A stretch of 63,585 bases of DNA, filler included. It is 3 parts of 3 records of this genome, joined end to end, with 100 filler letters (N's around TTAATTAATTAA, not from the genome) between each part and the next. Parts side by side here need not be neighbours in the genome. Positions count along the whole stretch, not along the records: positions 49,653 to 63,585 come from SRR20825019_1462; 2 more parts are not named here. One strand, given 5' to 3'. The notes beneath the pieces are model-generated. The model worked only from the letters and a program-made list of their open reading frames with translations, was not told the origin of the DNA and made no database searches. Below are positions 53,908 to 63,585 of the stretch, in pieces (position 1 is the stretch's first letter; each line of letters opens with the position of its first letter). The translations under genes were made by a program, and so were the position numbers.

Positions 53908-55131
53908 TTACTTTGATTTCTGTTTAGCACGCCAATCGGCGATCAGCTCATCTTTGCGGGACATGAATTTCTTAATATTGCGAATAGCCTGCCTGATGCG
54001 GTGTTCATTTTCCACGAGGCCGATACGCACAAAACCTTCGCCGTATTCACCAAAACCCACGCCCGGTGAAAGCGACACCTTGGCTTCGGTAAGCAGAAGC
54101 TTGGAGAAATCCATCGACCCCATTTCTTTAAACTCATCAGGGATCGGCGCCCAGGCGAACATGCTTGCCTTAGGGCTCGGGATTTCCCAGCCCGCAGCGG
54201 CAAGGCCTTCAACAAGCACGTCGCGGCGCTTTTTATAAGTTTGACGGTGCAGCTCGATACAGTCCTGCGGGCCGTTAAGCGCCGCCACAGCCGCCACCTG
54301 AATGGGCGTGAACGCGCCATAGTCCAGATAGCTTTTAACCCGTGTGAGCGCCGCCACAAGGTCTTTATTGCCTGCGCCAAAACCGACACGCCACCCCGCC
54401 ATGGAATATGTTTTTGAAAGGCTGGTGAACTCAATCGCGATATCCTTCGCGCCCTTGACCTGAAGGATGGAGGGCGGCGGGTTATCATCGAAATAGATTT
54501 CACAGTAGGCGAGGTCAGAGAGGATCCAGATGCCCTGCTTTTTACAGAAATCCACAACCTCTTCATAAAAAGCGAGGTCTACCACCTCTGCGGTCGGGTT
54601 GCCGGGGTAGCAGAGGATTACAGCCGTTGGCGTTGGCACGCTGTGCTGTACTGCGTACTTGAGCTCCGTCAGGAAATCATGGCCTGGACCCATAGGCAAA
54701 TGGCGCACCGCAGCCCCTGCGATCATGAAACCATAAGGGTGGATCGGGAAGCTCGGGTTCGGCACCAGGATCACATCGCCCGGCGTGGTAATAGCAGACG
54801 CGAGGTTCGCCAAGCCTTCCTTGGAGCCAAGCGTGACCACATTCTCCGTTTCCGGGTCGATATCCACACCAAAACGGTGCTTGTAATAAGCCGCGTGAGC
54901 GCGCCGGAGCCCCGGAATACCACGGGAAACCGAATAGCCGTGGGCGGTCGGGTTATCCACAGTTTCCTTGAGCTTGTCGACAATGTGCTGGGGTGTTGGC
55001 AGGTCCGGGTTACCCATGCCTAGATCAATGATATCCTCGCCACGCGCTCGTGCCGCCGCTTTCATCTGGTTTACTTCAGCAAACAGATAAGGCGGTAGGC
55101 GACGGATACGGTAAAAGTCTTGCGTGCTCAT
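53908..55131 (-). CDS. alaC: PLP-dependent class I aminotransferase (AlaC/LL-DAP aminotransferase-like)
   Basis: RLPPYLF, DLGMGNPD, SLSKTYSMAGWRVG; conserved position upstream of hom; substrate inferred. Confidence 0.8.
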   Translation of the reverse strand: MSTQDFYRIRRLPPYLFAEVNQMKAAARARGEDIIDLGMGNPDLPTPQHIVDKLKETVDNPTAHGYSVSRGIPGLRRAHAAYYKHRFGVDIDPETENVVTLGSKEGLANLASAITTPGDVILVPNPSFPIHPYGFMIAGAAVRHLPMGPGHDFLTELKYAVQHSVPTPTAVILCYPGNPTAEVVDLAFYEEVVDFCKKQGIWILSDLAYCEIYFDDNPPPSILQVKGAKDIAIEFTSLSKTYSMAGWRVGFGAGNKDLVAALTRVKSYLDYGAFTPIQVAAVAALNGPQDCIELHRQTYKKRRDVLVEGLAAAGWEIPSPKASMFAWAPIPDEFKEMGSMDFSKLLLTEAKVSLSPGVGFGEYGEGFVRIGLVENEHRIRQAIRNIKKFMSRKDELIADWRAKQKSK

Positions 55132-55333
55132 GATAAGGTTTGATCCAGAATAGGTTTACAATAAAAGCTCAGTGAGATGGCTGTGCCATCAAGGGCCTAG
55201 CTCTAAGCGATAAAACGCGGGGACGCAACGCCCTTACGCAATCATCGAAATGATTTCCGCAACGTTTAAGTAATACTATTGCGTCACATAGGCATAATCT
55301 AAGCTGAGGGTGCAGAATCCGCTGAATTCACGC

Positions 55334-55366
55334 AAAAAGAAACCGGGAAAAACCCGGTTTTCTTTT
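55334..55366. terminator. Bidirectional-type Rho-independent terminator
   Basis: AAAAAGAAACCGGG-AAAAA-CCCGGTTTTCTTTT. Confidence 0.8.
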
Positions 55367-55391
55367 AATCTATAGCGTGATTGGGGTGTGA

Positions 55392-55937
55392 CTAGTGGCG
55401 CAATGCCTCTTGCGCACGCTTCAGGGCTTTTTCCGCCTGCATCAGCGCCTTGCGGCTGTGCTGGTTTTTCACCTCAGCGATTCGCGCTTTAAGGTGATGA
55501 CGCCGCGCCTCTATGGCCGCATGGGCTCCTTCAAGCGCTTCTTTCTGCGCCACTTGCACATTGCTACGGGAAGCTATTTTGAGTTCGATGTCAGGCATAG
55601 TCATCGCGAAGGGTGCAATGGCTGCTTCAACCTGTGCTTCAATCTGGTCGAAATCAAGCTGGCTGATCGCTGCCTCAGCCATGTGGAAGTTATGCTCAAA
55701 CTCAATCTGCATGCCTTCAACACGGGCTTCCAGCGCCTGTCGGGATTCCTCACACTGGCCACCATTACTATGCTGCTGTGTGTCCGCTGGCCCCAGATCA
55801 GCCACCTGCGTTGGCTCGTCCGCCATGTCCAGCACCATGGAACCAACACCGTCAAACGATGTAAGCTGCTCTCCGGCGAACGAAGAACCTCCAACGATGG
55901 CTGTGGTTGCAAGGGCAATAAGGGCTAAGGGTTTCAT
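55392..55937 (-). CDS. Secreted alpha-helical hypothetical protein
   Basis: Signal peptide ending SFA; Glu/Ala-rich helical body. Confidence 0.75.
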   Translation of the reverse strand: MKPLALIALATTAIVGGSSFAGEQLTSFDGVGSMVLDMADEPTQVADLGPADTQQHSNGGQCEESRQALEARVEGMQIEFEHNFHMAEAAISQLDFDQIEAQVEAAIAPFAMTMPDIELKIASRSNVQVAQKEALEGAHAAIEARRHHLKARIAEVKNQHSRKALMQAEKALKRAQEALRH

Positions 55938-56033
55938 TGCTATTTCCCGGTAGCTTTGAGTAGCGTGCAGGATGCTACATTATCACACAAAGCTCAAGCA
56001 GCTTTTGAACTAAACAACTTCACAAAAGTGCGA

Positions 56034-56061
56034 GGAGGCAAGACCTCACCGGTCTGCCTCC
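56034..56061 (-). terminator. Stem-loop between the two hypothetical genes
   Basis: GGAGGC(A)AGACC-TCACC-GGTCTGCCTCC. Confidence 0.5.
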
Positions 56062-56086
56062 CTGCTTCAACATGCTGCTGGCGCAC

Positions 56087-56917
56087 TTACTCAGGCTCGA
56101 CGTCTTCCGCTGAAGCCTTCGCACGCCGCTCAGCCAGCCGCTGTTCAAGACGTTCCCGCTCCCGCTTCAGATGTTCCTCCGCCTGGCGAAGCCCTTCAAG
56201 CTGTTGCTCCTCCATCTGGTCCAGCGACCGCGCGGCGTGGTCAAGGTCAATCACGTGGCGCTCACGCGCTTCCGCATCAAACTCAAACTCAAGTTCGATA
56301 TCTTCAAAAGCCTCGCGGATATCTTCACGCGCCTCAATAAGGTCTTCTTTCAGTTCAATACGAATGCGGCCAAGATCACCGACCTGCTCTTCCATATCCT
56401 TAAGCGCGCCTTCCATCGCATCAATCTCGATACGGCGGATTTCAGCGTGGGAGGGACCCGCATAAGCGTATGTCATGTGGCTACGCTTGTTCTTAAGCGC
56501 CTCAAGGGCTGTCTCAAGGCCGTCTTTCGCGGCTTCAAGCGCGCGCTTCTCTTCCTTCTTGCGGGCCTTCTCGAGCCGTGCGTTTACTTTCTCAAGCGCT
56601 TGCTTCGTTTCAAGGATAGCCTTCTGGCGTTCTTCATCAACATGCACACTGACGTGTTTCTGAATTTCAATCTTCTCACCGCCTTTACCGTCACGAAGAA
56701 CGGTCCCTGGGCCACCCGAGCGGATCACACGGATTTTCTTTTTCTCGACCTTTTTTTCTTCCGCCTTCCCGACTTTTTCCTCATTGTCAAAGGCCACCAT
56801 GGCACCACTGTTGCCTGCAACCATGATGGTAGAGAGGGAAAGGCCTGCGATAAGGGCTATGCGCCGCTTCATTGAGGACGTCTGTTTTGTTGTGTCAGTG
56901 ATCGGTGTTGGCATCAT
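56087..56917 (-). CDS. Secreted or membrane-anchored coiled-coil hypothetical protein
   Basis: ATG with GGAG RBS; MKRRIALIAGLSLSTIMVAG signal-like segment; E/R/K-rich helices. Confidence 0.75.
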   Translation of the reverse strand: MMPTPITDTTKQTSSMKRRIALIAGLSLSTIMVAGNSGAMVAFDNEEKVGKAEEKKVEKKKIRVIRSGGPGTVLRDGKGGEKIEIQKHVSVHVDEERQKAILETKQALEKVNARLEKARKKEEKRALEAAKDGLETALEALKNKRSHMTYAYAGPSHAEIRRIEIDAMEGALKDMEEQVGDLGRIRIELKEDLIEAREDIREAFEDIELEFEFDAEARERHVIDLDHAARSLDQMEEQQLEGLRQAEEHLKRERERLEQRLAERRAKASAEDVEPE

Positions 56918-57049
56918 AATCTCCGTTACTTCCGGCCAGTTTGCGGCCTTATCCTGTTGCTGTCGGATGCGCTGATGCTTCATGCCAGCGCTTATCACGT
57001 TCTTGTGAACATGAGACTGCGCCTATTGGCCCGCAAGCGGAAGACGATA

Positions 57050-57121
57050 TCGACAAACAGGTAGGAAACTGCGGCGAACAGCAGGGAGCTGAGACGAAAC
57101 GAGATGTCTGTGCGGCGAACG
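57050..57121 (-). promoter_or_regulatory. Four phased imperfect direct repeats (period about 21 bp), LytTR-like operator
   Basis: Minus-strand CGTTCGCCGC, GTTTCGTCTC, TGTTCGCCGC, TGTTTGTCGA with spacings 21, 20 and 21. Confidence 0.5.
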
Positions 57122-57133
57122 AAGGATGATCAA

Positions 57134-57541
57134 TCAGTCGACAGGCAGCAGAAGGGCCGCAACCTGCCGCCCTTCAATCAGCAGCACGTTATAGGTACGG
57201 GCAGCCGCACCCGTATCCATCACGTCATAGCCAATGCCCTCGCCTTCAAGATAGCTCCTGAAGGCTGAGGGGACGAGCTGCATCTTCTCACCCGTCCCGA
57301 TCAGGATCAGCTCCGGTTTCTTCGCCGCCCCTGTCGCTTTGACAACGTCGGCGGCAGAAAGCCTCTGCACGTCGCTGGCTTCAATGGGGTAAAAGCCAGT
57401 GGGCAGGACCATGACCCCGCCCTCAACCCTGCGACCAAGCAGGCGAAAGCCTCCATCTCCGTAACCATCCACCAAAAGCAGATCGTCACGCGATTGCGCT
57501 TCAAGGGATACGCCGCCGGATGTGAAGCTTTTACCCGCCAT
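57134..57541 (-). CDS. Mth938/DUF498 (NDUFAF3-like) protein
   Basis: DGYGDGGF, PELILIGTG, MDTGAAARTYNVL..EGR; follows secF. Confidence 0.92.
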   Translation of the reverse strand: MAGKSFTSGGVSLEAQSRDDLLLVDGYGDGGFRLLGRRVEGGVMVLPTGFYPIEASDVQRLSAADVVKATGAAKKPELILIGTGEKMQLVPSAFRSYLEGEGIGYDVMDTGAAARTYNVLLIEGRQVAALLLPVD

Positions 57542-57547
57542 GCTGCC

Positions 57548-58528
57548 CTACATTTGCTCGAACGGGTTTGTAGGGCGTGACTTGTCAACCGTTGGGTCAG
57601 CCTTGTCAGGCTCATTAATCATCGCTTCACGGCGAAGGTCAAAGCTGAGAAGTAGCGGTGACGCCACAAAGATCGAGCTATATGTCCCGATAACAACACC
57701 CCAGATCATCGCAGCCGTGAAGCCCTGTATGACAGCACCGCCAAGGAAGTAGAGAGCAAACAGCGCCAGAAGCGTGGTCAATGAGGTCATCAGCGTGCGG
57801 CTGAGAGTTTGGTTCAAGGACAGGTTGATCAGTTCTTCAAGCGGAAGCTTACGGTATTTGCGGATGTTCTCGCGAATACGGTCATAAACAACCACCGTAT
57901 CGTTGAGGCTGTACCCAACAATGGTCAGAAGTGCTGCGATAATTGAGAGGTTGAACTCAAGTCGCGTCACGGCAAAAAAACCAACTGTCAGCAACACATC
58001 GTGCACAAGAGCAACCACTGCACCAAGGCCGAACTGCCACTCAAACCGGAACCAGATGTAGATCAACACCATGATAACGGCGATGGATACCGCGAGCGTA
58101 CCGTCGCGCTTCAACTCGCCTGACACCACTGGCCCAACGATATTTTCCTGCCGGAAAGTAACACCTGGCACGGCTTCCGTAAGCGCTTCACGCACTTTCA
58201 CCATAGCGGCAGATTGCGCTTCCTCATCACCCGGCTGGCGTTCAACCCGCACAAGCGCTTCAGACGCATCGCCATATTCCTTGACAGACACATTGCCGAG
58301 CCCTAGGGCACTTGCAGTTTCCCGCACGGTTGCAAGCGGCACTGCGCTGCGGTCTTGCATGCCAATCTCAATGGCGATACCACCCTTAAAATCGATGCCA
58401 TAGTTCAGGCTGTTGACCGCAAAGAGAGCGATTGAAGCCAGAATCAGCAGGCCTGAGATTGCAAAAGCAATCTTGCGCGGCTTCATGAAAGCGATTTTGG
58501 TATTCTCTGGAACCAGACGTAAAAGCAT
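57548..58528 (-). CDS. secF: Protein translocase subunit SecF
   Basis: NYGIDFKGG, HDV, GYSLNDTVVVYDRIRE. Confidence 0.96.
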   Translation of the reverse strand: MLLRLVPENTKIAFMKPRKIAFAISGLLILASIALFAVNSLNYGIDFKGGIAIEIGMQDRSAVPLATVRETASALGLGNVSVKEYGDASEALVRVERQPGDEEAQSAAMVKVREALTEAVPGVTFRQENIVGPVVSGELKRDGTLAVSIAVIMVLIYIWFRFEWQFGLGAVVALVHDVLLTVGFFAVTRLEFNLSIIAALLTIVGYSLNDTVVVYDRIRENIRKYRKLPLEELINLSLNQTLSRTLMTSLTTLLALFALYFLGGAVIQGFTAAMIWGVVIGTYSSIFVASPLLLSFDLRREAMINEPDKADPTVDKSRPTNPFEQM

Positions 58529-58541
58529 GATCCGCTCTCCC

Positions 58542-60149
58542 TTAAATTGGTAGGCGAGCAGGCTGTGCCCGCTTCAGCCAGGTTGAGAGGATAAACCGGG
58601 TCAACACCACGGCAGTGAACATGGACGTCAGAATACCAATCGCCAGCGTCACGGCAAAGCCCTGCACGGGGCCTGTGCCCAGCATGTAAAGCACAGCTGC
58701 GGCAATGAAAGTGGTGATGTTGGCATCCATAATGGTTGAAAGCGCTTCACCATAACCGTGCTCCATCGCACCAAATGGCTTGCGCCCGTTGGATTGCTCT
58801 TCCCTGATGCGTTCAAAGACCAGCACGTTGGCATCAACGGCCATACCGATGGTCAGCACAATACCTGCAATACCTGGCAGCGTAAGCGTCGCCTGGAACA
58901 TGCTAAGGGCCCCCATAATCAGCACGAGGTTGGTGATAAGTGCAATGTTCGCCGCAATACCGAAGCCGCCATAAGCCAGCAACATGAAGAGGATCACACC
59001 CGCGAAACCAACGGTTGCCGCCCATTCCCCTGCTGCAATCGAATCTGAACCAAGGTCTGGGCCAACTGTGCGCTGTTCCATCACGGTCAGCGGTACGGGT
59101 AGTGCGCCAGCTTTCAAAAGCGTTGCAAGTTCTTGTGCTTCAGCAGCATTGCCAACACCTGTGATCTGACCCTGCCCGCCCATGATGGCAGATTGGATTG
59201 TTGGTGCCGAAATAACAGAGTTATCAAGCACAATAGCAAAAGGACGACCGATATTATCGCGTGTGTGGTTACCAAAGCGCCGCGCGCCAGACGTATTGAA
59301 CGTAAACGCAACGGCCGGGCGACCATTCTGGTCAAACGCAGCTTTTGCATCTGTCAGGTCATCGCCAGAGACAATCACGCGTTCCTTGATCACAACAGAG
59401 CCGGGACCATCTGACATCGGCACAGCACGCTCGCGCGGGCCAAGGCGGCCACGGGCCATGTCTTCAGGGCTTACGTTAGTATTCACATCATGAAACGTGA
59501 GCTTCGCGGTTTTACCAATGAGGCGTTTGATCTCTTCAGGGTCGCTGGCACCGGGCACTTCAAGGATGATGCGGTCATTGCCTTGCGGCTGCAGCGTGAT
59601 CTCTTTGGTGCCGTCAGGGTCTACACGCTTGCGGATAACTTCCATCGCGCGAGCAATGGCATCACGCTTTTGAACTTCGATACCGGCATCAGTGAGCGTC
59701 AGGCGGAACTCAAGGCCTTCATTCTCCATCTCGATCTCTTCAACGCCACCCCCCATAAGTGGGTTCGTTGCGCCAACAGAATTCTGGGTAAGGGGCCGCA
59801 GTTCCTTACGGGCCTCTTCAACCTGATCTTCTCGGGTAACCTCAAAGACAACCGAATGACCAACCGTACGCACGTTGCGGAAGTTCAGCGACCTGACAGA
59901 CCGGCGAATATCCCGCACCTGATCAGCAAGGTTATTGAGCCTTGTATCCACAACGTCCTGCGTTTCCGCCCCCAAAAGCAGATAAACACCACCTTGAAGA
60001 TCAAGGCCGAGGCTTAGCGTTTTTGATGGCAGGAAGTCAGGCAGCCCGGTGCGCTGTTCTTCAGTTAAAAAGTTCGGCAGAGCGGCCAATATGCCAAACA
60101 GGCATACGGCTGCGATCATCAGCACTTTCCAGCGTGGAAAGGTCAACAT
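58542..60149 (-). CDS. secD: Protein translocase subunit SecD
   Basis: LGLDLQGG, TLPGIAG..GMAVDANVLVFERIRE. Confidence 0.96.
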   Translation of the reverse strand: MLTFPRWKVLMIAAVCLFGILAALPNFLTEEQRTGLPDFLPSKTLSLGLDLQGGVYLLLGAETQDVVDTRLNNLADQVRDIRRSVRSLNFRNVRTVGHSVVFEVTREDQVEEARKELRPLTQNSVGATNPLMGGGVEEIEMENEGLEFRLTLTDAGIEVQKRDAIARAMEVIRKRVDPDGTKEITLQPQGNDRIILEVPGASDPEEIKRLIGKTAKLTFHDVNTNVSPEDMARGRLGPRERAVPMSDGPGSVVIKERVIVSGDDLTDAKAAFDQNGRPAVAFTFNTSGARRFGNHTRDNIGRPFAIVLDNSVISAPTIQSAIMGGQGQITGVGNAAEAQELATLLKAGALPVPLTVMEQRTVGPDLGSDSIAAGEWAATVGFAGVILFMLLAYGGFGIAANIALITNLVLIMGALSMFQATLTLPGIAGIVLTIGMAVDANVLVFERIREEQSNGRKPFGAMEHGYGEALSTIMDANITTFIAAAVLYMLGTGPVQGFAVTLAIGILTSMFTAVVLTRFILSTWLKRAQPARLPI

Positions 60150-60200
60150 GCGGCATCCCCTAACAAGAGCGCCCGAAACCTTAGGCTCCGGGCTGCTGTA

Positions 60201-60545
60201 TTACTTCTTTTCTTCGGTCTTTGCCGGTTCGCTTTTGGAGCGAACGTCCGTCAGCGTGCTTTTCACAACGCGCACCCGCACGCCGTCTGCAAGCTCAACT
60301 TCAATCTCGTTGTCGTCCTTGACCTTGGTTACCTTAGCGATAAGGCCGCCTGCGGTCACAACCGTATCGCCACGGCTGACATTGTTCACCATCTCACGGT
60401 GCGCTTTCATTTTTTTGTTTTGCGGACGGAGAATCAAGAACCAGAACACAGCAATGATCAAAACAAACGGCAGAAAGCTCTCAAGCATGCCGGGTTGTTG
60501 TGGTGCCGCACTGGTTGCCTGTGCGAAAACTGGTGAGAAGAACAT
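60201..60545 (-). CDS. yajC: Preprotein translocase subunit YajC
   Basis: FWFLILRPQ..GDTVVTAGG. Confidence 0.95.
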   Translation of the reverse strand: MFFSPVFAQATSAAPQQPGMLESFLPFVLIIAVFWFLILRPQNKKMKAHREMVNNVSRGDTVVTAGGLIAKVTKVKDDNEIEVELADGVRVRVVKSTLTDVRSKSEPAKTEEKK

Positions 60546-60668
60546 GTGACAAACCTCTTAAGTAACGTGGCTCCCTCGGCCACCGGGTAATTTCGTTGCC
60601 GGGACTATAGCTTCATTGCCTTCAAATGCAACAATCACCATGGTATCAAGCCAAACCTAGATGGGTCC

Positions 60669-61568
60669 ATGAGCAAAAGGATACAAGGGTCAATGGCCAC
60701 CGAGCAAGACAGCACCAAACTGATCGCCGCAATTGAACGGCTGACAGACGCCCTTGAGGCACAGGGAAACAAGGCAAAAAACTTGCGCCAACCTCTTGAT
60801 TCAGCTGACGCTTTTGTCTTTGAGGCAGACGGCATGTACCTGCGTGCCATAAACCGGGTTTCTGCGCCAGACCTTGTCCTCCTTAAGGGCATAGACCGCG
60901 CGAAACGTACCCTACTTGATAACACCCGGCGTTTTGCCGCAGGCGCTTCCGCAAATAATGCCCTTCTATGGGGTGCGCGCGGCATGGGCAAATCAACGCT
61001 TATCAAGGCCGTGCATGCAGTTGCGGTCGCTGACAGCGTCGCGGCGGCACCCGCGCTTGTAGAAATCCACCGTGAGGATATCGCGGCCCTACCCGGCCTG
61101 CTTACCCAGCTCCGCGACGCGGACCGCAATTTCATCGTGTTTTGTGATGACCTCTCATTCAACAACCCGGATCAGGACTTCAAGGCACTGAAGTCTGTGC
61201 TAGAGGGCGGGCTTGAAGGCAGGCCCGACAATGTGATTTTTTACGCAACCTCAAACCGCCGCCACCTGCTGCCTCGCTCCATGATGGAACAGGAAGGTGC
61301 CACCGGCATTCACCCAAACGAATCAATGGATGAAACCATCGCGCTTTCTGACCGCTTTGGCCTGTGGCTGGGCTTTCACCCTTGTGACCAGGCCGAGTAC
61401 CTGGAGATGATCGAAGGATATCTTGCGGCGTTTGACCTTAAAGGAAACGTTGACTGGCGCCCAGCCGCCCTTGAATGGGCCAAAACACGCGGGAACAGGT
61501 CTGGCAGGACAGCGTGGCAATTTGTCGTGGGTGTAGCGGGTGAGCTTGGAAAGCGTGTGCGGTTTTAA
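60669..61568 (+). CDS. DUF815-family AAA+ ATPase
   Basis: NNALLWGARGMGKS, FCDDLSF, YATSNRRHL, LSDRFGLWLGF, RSGRTAWQF. Confidence 0.9.
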   Translation: MSKRIQGSMATEQDSTKLIAAIERLTDALEAQGNKAKNLRQPLDSADAFVFEADGMYLRAINRVSAPDLVLLKGIDRAKRTLLDNTRRFAAGASANNALLWGARGMGKSTLIKAVHAVAVADSVAAAPALVEIHREDIAALPGLLTQLRDADRNFIVFCDDLSFNNPDQDFKALKSVLEGGLEGRPDNVIFYATSNRRHLLPRSMMEQEGATGIHPNESMDETIALSDRFGLWLGFHPCDQAEYLEMIEGYLAAFDLKGNVDWRPAALEWAKTRGNRSGRTAWQFVVGVAGELGKRVRF

Positions 61569-62617
61569 GGCGATGCAGCTGCACTCATGCGCTGAAGATA
61601 TCGCAGAGGATCAAGGGCTTGCCGACCTTTTCTGATCTCAAAATGCAACTGTGGTTCGCTAACACCACCTGTGTTGCCAACCCGCGCGATCACCTGCCCT
61701 TTGGTGACCTGTTGGCCCTGACGAACCAGCAAACGTTCATTATGAGCATAAGCTGTGATCCAACCGCCTGAGTGCTTAACTAGAAGCAGGTTACCATACC
61801 CCTGAAGCGCGTTGGAGGCGTATACAACCACGCCTGCGTCTGACGCTTTAACCGGCGTACCCTGACGGGCGATGATGTTGATGCCGTCGTTATGAAGGCC
61901 GTCCTGCTTGGGGCCATAGCGTGATGCCAGCTTGCCTGACACGGGCCAGTCAAACCCGCTTGAGGACCGCGGCGGCGGTGTTGCGCGCGGCACAGAACGC
62001 CCCCTATTTGGTGTCGAGGTCACGACAGTCGGGTTCACAGACGCCGTTGTTACCCCTCCTCCAGCGCCTCCCGGCAGCCTGAGGGTTTGCCCAATCGCCA
62101 GTGTGTACGGTGGCCTGATCTGATTCTCTTGCATCAATGCCGACACGGTCACACCATACCGGCGGGAGATGCTGTAGCCCGTTTCACCCTTCGCTACCGT
62201 GTGTACCCGCGCGCTGGGTACACTCAGCCGTTGCCCTACCGCGAGCGTGTACGGCGATTTAAGGCCATTCGCCGCCACTAGCGTGCGCAGCGGCACGTCA
62301 TATCGGCGGGATAGGGAATAAAGCGTCTCTCCCTTGCGCACGATATGGCTGCCGGCTGATGAGCTGCTGCTGGACGGTGCTACACTCACGGGCGCTGGCG
62401 AACGCGGCGTGGTTGATGCATAGCGGGCTGGTGGTCTGGGTTTCACCTTTGGCCAGGGAATAGGCCGTGGGGCATTGCGCACAAAACTTACGGCGGGGAT
62501 ATCAGCGGGTGGTATTGTCCGGTAACCGCTGGAGCATGCGGAAAGAATAAGCGTCGCTCCCACCCCTAGCGCGATGGACGCCAAACACTGCCGCTTTTTT
62601 GATCCTCCGCCCGTCAT
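61565..62617 (-). CDS. nlpD: LysM x2 + M23 lipoprotein (NlpD/DipM-like)
   Basis: Lipobox LSAC, two LysM repeats, HNDGINI, YAH, PQLHFEIR. Confidence 0.85.
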   Translation of the reverse strand: MTGGGSKKRQCLASIALGVGATLILSACSSGYRTIPPADIPAVSFVRNAPRPIPWPKVKPRPPARYASTTPRSPAPVSVAPSSSSSSAGSHIVRKGETLYSLSRRYDVPLRTLVAANGLKSPYTLAVGQRLSVPSARVHTVAKGETGYSISRRYGVTVSALMQENQIRPPYTLAIGQTLRLPGGAGGGVTTASVNPTVVTSTPNRGRSVPRATPPPRSSSGFDWPVSGKLASRYGPKQDGLHNDGINIIARQGTPVKASDAGVVVYASNALQGYGNLLLVKHSGGWITAYAHNERLLVRQGQQVTKGQVIARVGNTGGVSEPQLHFEIRKGRQALDPLRYLQRMSAAASP

Positions 62618-62681
62618 ATCTTGAAGATAGCTTCATGCCCTTTGTTCGGCAATACGCCAATGCTATTTTATAACGCGTTTT

Positions 62682-63464
62682 TTAAAGCGCGCCGTCCACA
62701 ATACCCAGCATTGTGCGCCGTGTTTCATGGTGTGTGAGGTCAAGGTGCAGCGGGGTCACGGAGATATAACTCTCCCTGATCGCCTTGAGGTCCGTCTCAT
62801 GCCCTGGCACACCCACTTCGCGCCCAAGACCAAACCAGTAATAAGTGAACCCGCGCGGATCGACGCGTTCGTCAATATTGGTGCCGGTGAGCTCCCTAAG
62901 CCCTTGTTCCGTTACCTTGACACCTTTCACCTCCTCCGGCGCAACGGCGGGGAAATTCACGTTCATCAACACATTTTCCGGCCAACCACTTTCAAGCAAC
63001 CGGCGAATGACCTCCGGGGCATGTTTTTCGGCGGTTTCCCATTTGGTGCGGGTATCCGGCCGCGTGCATTGGCTAAGCGCAATCGACGGCACACCTGCGA
63101 GTTGACCTTCCATCGCAACCGAGACCGTGCCTGAATAGGTTACATCCTCGGCCATGTTCCCGCCCCGGTTAACCCCAGAGAGGATCAGTGTCGGCTTATT
63201 GTCTTGCATGATCTTGTTGACGGCCATCATCACACAGTCGGTGGGTGTGCCGGACACGGCCCAGCGCTTCTCGCTCAGTTCCCGGAGCCGAAGCACACGA
63301 GAAAGCGTGAGTGAGTGCCCTGAGCCTGATTGCTCTTCTTCGGGGGCCACCACCCAAACGTCATCACTGAACTGCCGGGCAATGCGTTCAAGCACCTCAA
63401 GGCCCGGCGCATTGATACCGTCATCGTTGGAGACAAGAATACGTGCTGCAGAAATAGCTGCCAT
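62682..63464 (-). CDS. surE: 5'/3'-nucleotidase SurE
   Basis: [26 protein letters not shown]. Confidence 0.96.
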   Translation of the reverse strand: MAAISAARILVSNDDGINAPGLEVLERIARQFSDDVWVVAPEEEQSGSGHSLTLSRVLRLRELSEKRWAVSGTPTDCVMMAVNKIMQDNKPTLILSGVNRGGNMAEDVTYSGTVSVAMEGQLAGVPSIALSQCTRPDTRTKWETAEKHAPEVIRRLLESGWPENVLMNVNFPAVAPEEVKGVKVTEQGLRELTGTNIDERVDPRGFTYYWFGLGREVGVPGHETDLKAIRESYISVTPLHLDLTHHETRRTMLGIVDGAL

Positions 63465-63485
63465 AACAACCGCCTTACGTTAATT

Positions 63486-63585
<100 letters not shown>

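Overview
The window is three unrelated contigs joined by N-padded TTAATTAATTAA linkers. (1) 1-21375 is a compact eukaryotic (probably protist) contig in the standard genetic code. It has 7 complete genes that I re-spliced by hand (20 GT-AG introns; 19 are 50-63 nt, one is 83 nt): MDR oxidoreductase, CH-CH/4xC2 protein, coiled-coil/EF-like protein, GH5 endoglycoceramidase-like enzyme, SP-RING/C2H2/AT-hook protein, RCC1-filamin-EDR1 protein and a doubly lipidated ankyrin protein. Extremely GC-rich islands rich in TGA/TCA words sit 5' of six of the seven genes and never between convergent 3' ends. The contig starts with poly-C and ends with poly-G, the latter just upstream of the seventh gene. 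(2) 21476-49552 is a gammaproteobacterial housekeeping region (Methylophaga-like, my inference): cysJI, EAL protein, tatD-pilZ-holB-tmk-mltG-pabC, fab cluster, purF-cvpA-dedD, lon-clpX-clpP-tig, tRNA-Leu. (3) 49653-63585 is an alphaproteobacterial housekeeping region (Kordiimonas-like, my inference): tRNA-Glu fragment, recJ-glpX-hom-aminotransferase, two secreted helical proteins behind phased LytTR-like repeats, secDF-yajC, DUF815 ATPase, nlpD-surE-serS. The most novel signals are in the eukaryotic contig: the island promoter architecture, the homopolymer ends and the unusual domain fusions. No database searches were run; family calls come from motif recognition.
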